Assembly (NCBI RefSeq): GCF_006345805.1
Contig: NC_043008.1
Span: 42,284,001-42,348,000 of the forward strand
Source: Octopus sinensis
Lineage: Eukaryota
DNA length: 64,000 bases
Reading direction: 5' to 3'
How positions within the stretch are numbered: position 1 is the stretch's first letter; every line of letters begins with the position of its first letter. Below, piece by piece: positions 13,226 to 24,444 of the stretch. A model generated the notes under the pieces. The model worked only from the letters and a program-made list of their open reading frames with translations, did not search any database and was not told the DNA's origin. The translations under genes and the position numbers were made by a program.

Positions 13226-13865
13226 TACATGTGAGTTCTCTAGACATCCTAGTGGTTGAGGCTATACTCATGAAGTAATGTAGATAATTAAGTAACATAA
13301 ACAGATTTCCAAAGTTCATTAAAGTTCTTTAAAGATGATGTACAGTCTTATCACAGAATTTTAAATAGCTACAGCCTCTTGTAAATAGCAGTAATGTGAT
13401 TAATGTGGCAAATACCTAATCATATAACAAGAATTGATACCTACCTCATTGTGTTCAACCATTGATAAATTTATCGCCTGTGAATCTGAAATTCCTCTTC
13501 ATTTCTCTGGAAACTTACATCTACACCATTGGAAATTGTGCATCTATACAAAGGATTAATTCACCCTCTCTGTAATGCTAATAAGCAGGAATTGAGACCC
13601 ACCTCGTTGTGATTAACAATGGATAAATTTGTCTTCTGTGAGTATGTAATCCCTCATCATATCTCTGGAAGTTCATATGTGCTCTATGGATTAGGTCACC
13701 TTCTCTGTGATGCTATTAGAACTTTTTTAAAATTCTGTGATAAGACTGTACATCATCTTTAAAGAACTTTAATGAACTTTGGAAATCTGTTTATGTTACT
13801 TAATTATCTACATTACTTCATGAGTATAGCCTCAACCACTAGGATGTCTAGAGAACTCACATGTA

Positions 13866-13956
13866 TTTTAGCTGATGAGTACGGGACACGTTTATATGCT
13901 GTAATTTTTACAACTTTTAATAAAGCCTGTCCTTGTATGAAACGATTGTACTAAAA
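13866..13956 (+). ncRNA. Type I hammerhead ribozyme (right arm copy)
   Basis: Stem I ttttag(13866-71)/ctaaaa(13951-56); core CTGATGA 13872-78; stem II gtacgggac.../...gtccttgtat; GAAA 13939-42; near-palindromic stem III acgattgt; GUA cleavage triplet ending at 13950. Confidence 0.8.
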
Positions 13957-14481
13957 ACCTATCCATTCTTGTTGCTTCTTTCTCGCTTATAATCACCCCA
14001 CATTACTGTATTGTTAAAACAGTATAGTTTTTTTTGGTGCATCTAAGTTAGGTACCATATTCAAGTAAATTCATTTAAATTAACTTGAATCTTTATTGCT
14101 TTTTGTATATATATATATATATATTTATATATCTATAAGGATAAGAACGGTAATCTAAAATAAAATAACGATTTAATGAGTGGTCAGCATGGAAAAAATA
14201 GCCTTCAAAGTTAATAATTATTAAAATTATAAATTAAGGTATCTACCAGACACCACCATGCTGAAAATAGCAGACATGATCTGACTCTAAAACCACCTTA
14301 ATTATCCATATAGCAACACGGAGAGAAGACAAGGAGACAAGATGAAACTAGTAAACAAATGACTGGATAATTCCAGATCCCGGATTTCTGACTTTGTATT
14401 TAGGAATGCATTGCCTCGTCAGTGGAATACACACAGAAAAGAAACATAAATACACCACACACACACATATATATATATATA

Positions 14482-14550
<69 letters not shown>

Positions 14551-14562
14551 ATATATATTATA

Positions 14563-14622
<60 letters not shown>

Positions 14623-14693
14623 TATATACAACAAACGAATACTTAAATATACGAACGTATACATACATATACATGCACGTATGCATCATAGGC

Positions 14694-14795
14694 ACAGGAC
14701 GTCACGAAACGAGTACATGGAATATCAACTATTTTTCGAACAACAAAAGACACAAATGGAAAACAAAACAAACAACATAAAGAACGGCCCTTTCA
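14694..14795. repeat. Dispersed repeat homologous to 38151-38260 (possible Penelope-like tail)
   Basis: acatggaata...acaaatggaaaacaa...aacataaagaacg.ccctt is shared; both copies lie next to AT-rich microsatellite. Confidence 0.6.
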
Positions 14796-16054
14796 CTCGA
14801 AAGACATGAATACACACTCACCCACGTTCAAACTCGTATGAAGTTGGTAACTCCGAGATTCTCTCTCGAAACGTTCTGTCAAGGAATATCCAGAGTTAGT
14901 CTTATTATCAACTGCGTGTGGCAACAGCATTGTTCTAGGAAATGTTATCTATACCGCGTATTGAGGAAGCATCCGCTCGTCTGTTAAACTAAATCGTATC
15001 TATGTGTGTGTTTATATGGGTATGCATGCATATGTGTGAATGTTTCTGCTTTTGTGTTGCTACTTTTGTGTGGTGAATGTGTGTGTGTTTGTGATAATTT
15101 CATATTATTAGAGAGATAAGAAATGGCTGACTCTCCACAATTTCTGCAACTGCTACTGTTGCTACTGTTGCTGCCGATAGTGCTGTTAGTGTTGGTGACG
15201 GTACCTACTTTGTAAGCGGTGATCTCTGACAGTTGTCAGTCGAACGTTTATTGAATTCAAGTCTGCTTTTAAAATGATTTAGCATTTGTGTTATTCTTCA
15301 ATTTAATTCACTAATAGTTGCAATTTTCACTATGGAACATGGTCTACGACCTGAATGATTCACTTTGGTAGAGACAATTCTTAGACTTCACACACCTTTA
15401 ATCATTGTCTACTCATCTTTGCGGCGAATATAGACACATTCGGAGGAACTCGTAACTTTTATCTGAAACTCTTATTTATATCGACGGAAACATTAAGTTT
15501 TATCTCACAATCCCACTGAACGCTGTAACTTCAGAAAATTGAAACATTTATTCTGTAGACTCCGACCGAGCAATAAAACGTTTCATTGAAATAACAAAGA
15601 ACGTGGCGTGACAGATATTCGCCATTCGTCATTATCAATTGATCAGAGGTTCAGTTAATGAATACGTAGGTCTGCTATGATTCTAACTTGGAACGCATCA
15701 CGCTTCATATAAAGAGAGACAAAAATCTGACATACACGCATAACCGAAAACTTGCATCATATTCGATGCAGGCAACTGAAGAATACAATCTTTAGCTTTC
15801 AAATTCGACCATAGATCAGGCTCATACCATCAAAATAGCTATGGGAGCAACTCCGGCCTCTCCCTCCCACTCTCTCTCGGTTTGTCTCTCTGCTCGTCTC
15901 TCTGTGTCTCTGTCTGTCGCGCTGGTCCTCTCTTTTGCCCATCTGCACACACACACACACACATAATCACACACACAAACACACATAAACACACGCACAC
16001 ACACATGCACAACCACACACAAACGCGCAAATTTATGCTAAAAAATATATTGGT

Positions 16055-16282
16055 TTCTGGCAGAAACGTTAGCACGCCGGGCGAGATGCTTAGCGGTATT
16101 TCGTCTGCCGCTACGTTCTGAGTTCAAATTCCGCCGAGGTCGACTTTGCCTTTCACCTTTTCGGGGTCGATTAAATAAGCACCAGTTCTGCACCAGGGTC
16201 GATATAATCGACTTAATCCGTTTGTCTGTCCTTGTTTGTCCTCTCTGTGTTTAGCCCCTTGTGGGTAGTAAAGAAATAGGTT
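16055..16282 (+). mobile_element. Family A SINE (monomer)
   Basis: ctggcagaaacgttagcacgccgggcg...gagttcaaattccgccgagg...ccccttgtgggtagtaaagaaatagg. Confidence 0.9.
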
Positions 16283-16364
16283 TATAATAAGGCAACTAAC
16301 TACTGCACATTGGACAAGTTGATTATTCCAGCGGCCTTCACTACCGGGACTCTGACCCTCAGCA

Positions 16365-16525
16365 TGAATTTCATTTTCCCGAAGATTATCTAACACGTGA
16401 CCATCGCTGTTGCATTTGTTAAAAACTAACCCGTCATCACGGTACACTCCAATGACAGAATTGTTTGTAACTAGAGTTGCCCATAAAAGTTTCTACACTA
16501 CTTCCACATCATAAGCTTGAGATGA
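16365..16525 (-). pseudogene. Penelope-like retroelement reverse transcriptase fragment
   Basis: Minus frame AYDVEVV*KLLWATLVTNNSVIGVYRDDGLVFNKCNSDGHVLDNLRENEI resembles the GxYDGAEVCELVG...IGLYRDDGL...G..LD.IRK.I RT core of Penelope-like elements. Confidence 0.65.
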
Positions 16526-19500
16526 TGAAGAATAACTTTCTGAAATATTATCTCACTTATGTCCATCACAACAAGACTCTTAAAATTTTCTAACTTATTG
16601 GCAAACCTATATATAACTCCATTTGATGCGAAATCTTGGAAAATATGAAATTATATGTTTATTTCCTTCTGTGAATAACATATCCCCCAACTCAAAACTA
16701 CCTCATCATCTGTTGGTTTTGTGAGTTTTCTTTTCTAGTAAACGTAATCCCAGTTGTTTGCCAACAACATATGGACTACAAATTATCATTTCTTTTTTTT
16801 TTGCATTCATGTTCATAGCTGCGCACAGAAAGTAACAAATGTTTGAAATTACACAAACGCAGACAAACACACACATAAAATTATATATATATGCATACAT
16901 AACGACATACACACGCATTTATATATATAAATATGTATATACATACATACATACACACACATACACACATGCATACACACATGTATACATACTTACGTTC
17001 CTATATACATACAAGCATATGCATATATATATCCACATGTGTATTAGTGATAACAAATAACCCTTCCCTAATTGGATCAAAATCACGCATCTGATTAGCT
17101 GACTGTAATGTTGTTCAGGGGAGAATAAAAAAGAATTCATTGAAATTTTACTTAAAATGCCAATCTATATCCAGAGAGACAGGAGGAGGAGGAGAACGAG
17201 GAAAAGAGAGAAAGTGAGGTGCAGAGAAAGAGAAGAAAACAGAGGATGAGGAAGTGTTAGAAGGAGATGGAAAGTGATAGAGAATGTTATGCACACACAT
17301 ATCCCATTGTATGTCTCAACTTTAAACGCACAAATATATGTACGGCCACCACCAACCTCTCTCCCTCTCCATATTGATTTAAGATATTTTCAGATCCCAG
17401 CAATTAAAACTAGATGTAAAGAACCGTCCTGTGATATTGTAAAACTGTAAAATATTCTACAATGAATAATAAATATTTTCTTGTAGTGTTTATCGAAAAA
17501 AAAATATGTATTAGATCTCAAACATTCACGGATCAGTGAATGGCCGAGGTACTAAACAAAAGAGCGTCTCCATGCTGTTGCTTAGCCTGCTAGAAACAAG
17601 AGCCAAATTTCGCTCGTATCATGTTTGTCCTGTTGATTTATAGGAAAGCAAGGAATAACACGTTGGTTAATGTGGTTCTGGATACATTGTGTTTAAAACA
17701 TAAAGATTGAAGGCAAAAGAAACCTGGGATGTGTTTAATCATAAAGTTTGTTCAATCAAAGATAAATTGCAGTGAAGCAACTTCATCGCCGCCAACAATA
17801 ACAACAACAGCGTCAATAACTGCAAGAACAGCAATAACGAGGATCACCTTTCCAACAAAATCAACATTATCAGCAGTAATAGTTTCAACAATGGTGACAG
17901 AAACAGCGACAACAACATCATCATCAATTTCAACAAGAACAAAGACTTTATCAATCTCGCCAGCAACAATATGAGAACCAACAAGGAAAACAAGAACATC
18001 AACAACAACAAGAACAACAATAACATCGCTAACAAAAAATCAACAGGGCCAATAATAACTGCATCAACATTATTAACATCAACCAATCTACGTTGCTGTT
18101 CATAATTGTGCACCAAATTTATTTGTACAGATCTTCTCAACAGAATTGGTAAATGTTCGGTGAGCTGTGCGCATGCGTCATTTTCTCTCCAAGAGTATAT
18201 CTATTTCACTTCCCAACTCATTTTACTATGATGGTGACAAACTTCAATTATATTCTGAACGCTTTACGATTCACATTGGAATACTGCCTAGTTACCCGCC
18301 CCTACCTCTCAGACCCTGGTCTTCTGCACATTTCCCATATGAAACCCTTTGTCCAGTCTTTCCTGTTCGCAGTAGATTCTTGGATCTGAAGTATTTTTCC
18401 TGCAAATAACTTCCTACTAAAGTTTGTACGGAATTCCCACCGTCTAAAACCAACAATCTGGAACAGTCATAATGCACCATTCTTCACTCTAGAAACAACA
18501 GCCAAAACTACCTCAAGGCACACTATACTGTCTTAAAGCGGGGTGACACAGTTATTGCAAATACCCAATGCCAAAGACAACCAGACTAAGAACCATAGAT
18601 GGAATTTTGTCTTTGATGACGTCTCTGTACAGTTTAAACTCATCAAACGGCGAAGATTAAAATGTTTACGTCTGAAATAAAAATGTTTTCCAGGAGATAG
18701 AGTGATTTTCTAAGAATTCTACACCATTTAACTGTGTTGAAAGAACATTAAGGCTACATCACGAATGAAAACTGTATAAATCCGATCATACTTTATAAAG
18801 ATTCACAATTTGTCGATGGAAATTCAGCAACAAGTCTTATATTCCATGTGGGAAAGCGAAGTAAACGGTGCCACTCTCAGACATTTCCTAACAGTGTAAA
18901 TGAAATCAGGGAAATAAATACTCCACTACAAGTGGGAGGCAATATTCAATGGACTTCAGTATTGCCTTGTCTAAACTCTTGTTTCTATTTTTCGGTGATT
19001 GAGAGAAACGCAAGTTTACACTGTTTGAAGTACTTGGAGACCTGCAATACACATTGTGTATTGAATGCCATGTTTTATCACGCATTTATCAGGTGTGAAT
19101 GGAACATAATGCCAATTAATTCTATCATTTTCACCTGTATTAGAATATGAAGGATGGAGGTAAACGCGGTGAGACAACAATTTCTATTGAATTGATAAAT
19201 CATTCGAACATAACTACAGTTTTTGCCAACGAAACACGGCTACGCCTATCAATCAATTAGGTTGTTTCGTCTTTCAGCTAGTCTTTCTTCTCTCTCCAAA
19301 AGAAATTGCAGTTTGTTTTTCTTATAGACACAAAAAAGAAATTATTATTCTTTCATAAGTGCGAGGGAAAGATGGCGTTTCTCTGATGTTTACAGGCTTC
19401 CCAGGAGATATAGATAGTGATTTTCTAAGAATTCCACATCATTCAGCTGTGAGGAAACAACGTTGAGGTTTCATCGCAACAAGTTGTCACCAGATCTCCA

Positions 19501-19723
19501 CAAGATCTCACTAACAACTCATTGATACACCTATGAATGATTGGCTTACCGTAAGATTCTTGTCTGAATCTCTTTTCAATCTCATTCCATTCACTTCACC
19601 TATGTGACTAATGTCTTTTCATGCCGTTGTTCTTTCTGAAATTTTGGCTGTGGTGCTATTTGAACCTGGACGATGTAAACTTATCTTTAATTACTCTCAA
19701 GTAAAGACCATCCTGTTTTCTTT

Positions 19724-19948
19724 TTTACTACCCACAAGGGGCTAAACACAGTGGGGACAAAAAAGGACAGACAAAGGGATTAAGTTGATTACATCGACCC
19801 CAGTGCGAATCTGGTTCTTTGTCTAACGACCCCGAAAGGATGTAAGGCAAAGTCTACCTCGGCTGAATTTGAACTCAGAACGTAGCAGCAGACGAAATAC
19901 CGCTAAGCATTTCGCCCGGCACGCTAACGACCTGCCAGCTCGCCGCCT
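19724..19948 (-). mobile_element. Family A SINE (monomer)
   Basis: Reverse complement of the family A consensus (tttttactacccacaaggggctaaacac...gccagctcgccgcc). Confidence 0.85.
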
Positions 19949-20213
19949 TGTGTTTTTAAGGAATAGTGTACTTCGTACCGCTTCCAAGGACAAATAGCAT
20001 GTGTTGCAAGGTGTAAGGTGAGGCACGTTTGACTGCTATTTCAAGTAATTTCAATAACAATCTAGATGTTCTCTCGTTGTCTTTTATTTATTTATGTTTT
20101 TTAGGGTAACTCAACACTCGAGGTAAACTCTTGCAAACTTGAGACCAAATTCCAGTTTCTGATTAACGTCTTTGCAATAAATTTTTGAATCGACCAAGAA
20201 AGTCGACTATTAA

Positions 20214-21383
20214 CAACTAAATCCCTCACATCACCTCCCTGTCCCTTATGCCGGGCTCTGCAAAACCTTCTACCCGCTAACCGGCATGCTCGCTAGCTAG
20301 CCTAGCTTCCTTATAAAAACCTGGTGATTGATGTCAATAAATCTGAAACAAAGAATCAATACAGCAACGATAAATATGATTTTCTTGAATGTTCTTCCTT
20401 CGTTTTCTTACTTTCAGATGGATGTCATGAAAAAAGTTACTGCCCAGACATGGAGGGAAGAAAGAGAAAAACAACATACATTAAATATTATAAGAAAAAG
20501 TAACAGTATAAGTTTTGCGATAAAAGGAGGCATCTAACGGAATATTTCATATGCATGTAATAAATATTCAGATGCTAGTTGTAAGCCAAGCCTTGTTAGA
20601 TAAGGATAATAAATTACGATAATCCGGTGACGTCGTAGACACTTGTGAAATCCTCTATATTCGTATATGACTACTAATAACCATCAAACCGCTCGATTAT
20701 CGATGAATAAATAACACTACCAGAAACGGTATTAGCATCTTGTGAATAATAAAATAAAAGCTAAATAAATCAAAGAAATACATGTTCTTAAAGAAGTCTT
20801 TATAGATCAATGGAACTAGATGTATATTTTGTCTCTAAGTCAGTTACAGCTTCAGAAATTCTTCGGTGTTGCTACAATTTCTAGATTTATGACGAGAGAA
20901 ATAACTAAAGAACAAGGACATGTAACAAAAAGATTTTACCTTAATTAACTTAATTATTTTGAGATAAAATTTCCTGGGATTGATTTTAATTGTAAGGCCT
21001 TAATTTTCGGACCTCGAGTAATACATCAACAGAACCGAATTAATTACGCTACAGATAATAATTAATTCCTTCAATAAAGAAATTCTAATTGTAAAATTTT
21101 GGCACAAGGCCAGAAATTTTATGGGAGGGAGGTGTAAGCCGATTACATCGACCCCAGTACTCAACTGGTACTTATTTTATCGACTTCGAAAAGATGAAAG
21201 GCAAAGTCGACCTCGGTGAAATTTGAACTCAGAACCTAACTGAATAAAATAATGACTTGAGATAGATATATGAGTTATCTGGTGAAGGTTTGTTTCCGCA
21301 AACACTTAATAGAATGAAACTAGGCAGAAGGTTTTGCAGAGACCGGCATAACGGACAGGGAGGTGATGTGAGGGATTTAGTTG
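20214..21383. mobile_element. Non-autonomous DNA transposon with ~58-bp TIRs flanked by TTAA
   Basis: TTAA(20210-13)-caactaaatccctcacatcacctccctgtcc.ttatgccgg.ctctgcaaaaccttct and its reverse complement at 21326-21383 followed by TTAA(21384-87); 2 mismatches; contains a family A SINE at about 21085-21240. Confidence 0.75.
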
Positions 21384-21601
21384 TTAAACCCTAGTTTTTG
21401 GAAGGTTTCGTGCCTGGTGTTCAGAGCTGTTTGAATTATGCTTAATATTTATAATTCACGCATGTCTATCATCCTTCAAATACTCCTGGATTAGAAAAAA
21501 TTCGATTTCCATACGCCTGAAGTAATTCGGGCTTTAAGCCTCTCTTTCTCCCACTCATTCACTCTCTCTTTCTCTCTCAATCTCCATCTATCTATCTATC
21601 C

Positions 21602-21654
<53 letters not shown>

Positions 21655-22619
21655 GTTACATTTCTGCCTGTCTATCTATCTCAAAATACTTCCCGTTGTA
21701 GCTGTTACAGTTGCTCGGTAAAGATGAAGATACTAAGGAAGATATATCTGTAAAAAAAATACAAAAAAAAAAACAAGTAAAAATCCATTGGATTATGTGG
21801 AGAATATCTGCGTATATCTTGTTTTCTTTCTACCACATGGGGATTAAATGCTATGAAGAAGGTTTGTTAAGAGATGAAAGAACCAACATTATCGGCAGCA
21901 GACGACTGCCACATTCAATTACTCCTCGCCTTAAAATACTATCGAATTCTTTACATCTAATATATTTTTTCTCTATTTGGTTTTTATTCCAAACTTATTT
22001 CTTAAAATTAGATCCAAACAATTTCTCAACGTCGCTTAAGCTGATTTTCTATGGATTCCACCTTGATTTACTGAAGTGTTCCAGATCCTGTAATCCTTTA
22101 TTCGCTACTTAATGCCATCTTCCACAAAAGAATCGTTAAATTTATTTTATGAGCTTCCGAATTTAAAAGCTGGTTTCCTTTATATGTATGTGTGTGCGTG
22201 TGTGTGTGCATGCAGATATGTCTGTATGTATCTGTGTCTTTACTTGCGTATATGTGCGTATATGCGTGGCTGTGTTTGTACTTGGTGTATGTGTGTAGGA
22301 GTATGTGTGCTATTGTTTGTAGTAATCTACAAAGTTGTTAAGACTATGAAGTCCTACCAGTCATATGCGGGGTCAAATCTATCAACTCTTCGGTGATTTA
22401 CATCTATAATTGAGTTTCAAAATCGATTAACTTTGAACAGGTAAGAGAATCGGCTGCAACTATCTTCAACTGGGGGTCTGTTGCACGTCAGGGGATCTAG
22501 CAACTTGTAGTTTTTCTTCGTCTTAAGTAAAAGAGATGACATTATGAAATAAAATAGATGTTCCTCGAATGAAATGTATGATTTACTCCTGAAATAATCC
22601 CTTGTATTATAGACACAAA

Positions 22620-22955
22620 ACCAGTACGAAACTGGTATTTAATTTATGAATCTCGAAAGGATGAAAGTCAAAGTCAACCTCGGCAGAATTTTAATTGAGA
22701 ACATAAAGTCAGACGAATTACCTAATTCTTTACTACCCAGAAGGGGCTAAACACAGAAGGGACAAACAAAGACAGAAAAACGGATTAAGTCTATTATATC
22801 AACCCCAGTGCGTAACTGGTACTTAATTTATCGACCCCGAAAGCTTGAAAGTCAAAGTCGACCTCGGCAGAGTTTGAACTGAGAACGTATAAACGGACGA
22901 AATACCGCTGAGCATTCCTCCCGACCTGCTAACGATTCCGCCAGCTCGCCACCGT
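22620..22955 (-). mobile_element. Family A SINE dimer
   Basis: Two family A bodies joined at the recurrent junction (plus strand agacgaattacctaattctttactaccc). Confidence 0.8.
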
Positions 22956-23843
22956 TTTTGCTCCTGAAATAATGTAAGCGTCTGAATGTTCCAGTGTCAT
23001 GTGCACTCTTAGGTAATTCCCAGGCAGAACCAATGACATATGGTGTGTGACAAGCGTGTGTTTGTTTTTAATTTCATGTACTTCATTGAATTTAATTCAG
23101 TTTGTGTTTACACAGTATCAACCGCAAGTGATAAGTCAACTTGAGTTTATAAAAAAAATATCCTTTACACAAGGTACCATGCAGTAGCATCAAACAAGGT
23201 ACCTCCTCATGGTTTGCAATGAGATCTCCTTAACCATGCGAAAAGCTACAGTCTACCATATTGTGGTTATGTAAAAGACAAAGGTTCCATTCCTGTATCC
23301 TTTCAAGTATTCTTGATAGAATGCTTTGAGATCGGTTCTTTTTATTGACAGTAGTAGTTATATATAAGATGGAGACGTATTCCAACGTTCAATGTGACAG
23401 GCTTGTATGTATGTATGTAAGTATATATATATATATATATATATAATTACATACCTACTTACATACATATTTACATTGATACGCGCACTGCATGGATATA
23501 TTGGTTATTGATCCGAAATTATACCACATAATTCATTAACAATTTTCTCATGATTATAATTTTAGGCTAGATTTTCATTTAACGATAATTCAATTTTTGT
23601 CAGTTTAAGAATTCATATTTTTCAATAAATTTTCAATAAATATATAACAAATAAATATTGTAAATAAACATAATGAATATAGAACGAAAAATATAATAAA
23701 TATAGAAATAATAAATGAAATATATAAATATGTATATCAGATATGTTAAATAAAAAGATAATAAGTAGACAAATATAATTGATATATAATGAATAAAAAT
23801 AATAATTAGATAAATAGATATGATATATATGTATAATAAATAA

Positions 23844-23874
<31 letters not shown>

Positions 23875-24327
23875 ATAGTTAAAGATAATAAATCAACCAA
23901 TATAGGGAATCTATTCTTTATTGATATATTTTCATGGTTCAAGAAATATCACTGGAAACGAAATTCCTCAAAAGCGATATTTATTTCATAAAAACGTTAA
24001 ATAAACGAAATTTTATTGCGAGAAAAAAATAACAAGAAAGGTGTAATTTTGGGGTATGTGAGCGAATGTGAGATTGGGTTTGCATGTGTTGTTTTGAAAT
24101 TTTAATAATTTAATCGTATACATGTAATGAAATTGGATGTTAATTACTCTTAGCTGTCACCGATATTGTCAGTAATTATAAGATATCTAGAAAAGTTAAT
24201 CTTTGTTGAAAAGAGGTAGAAAAAAATTTACTTACATAACATTTTAATCTGATTTATTTCCATTCTGTTTACGTGGTGCACTTCTATAGATTCACTGAGA
24301 TAAACACATACATAAAAACAAGCATAG

Positions 24328-24358
<31 letters not shown>

Positions 24359-24383
24359 ATATATATATATATATAATATATAT

Positions 24384-24444
<61 letters not shown>

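Larger units (their letters stand above)
13101..13990. mobile_element. Young foldback element: 265-bp inverted arms plus 360-bp spacer, probably a Penelope-like insertion with an inverted pseudo-LTR
   Basis: 13101-13365 is the reverse complement of 13726-13990; the track gives identical 60-aa ORFs at 13137-13319(-) and 13772-13954(+); each arm carries a hammerhead; the left end abuts (TA)n. Confidence 0.85.

Noticed and set aside
13137-13954. Two identical 60-aa ORFs on opposite strands as duplicated genes
   Set aside because: They are a by-product of the perfect inverted repeat and overlap the ribozyme; there is no recognisable protein and no true ATG start.
21711-22112. 133-aa ORF
   Set aside because: TTG start, poly-A-derived lysine runs and F/L/I bias typical of AT-rich noncoding DNA; no motif recognised.
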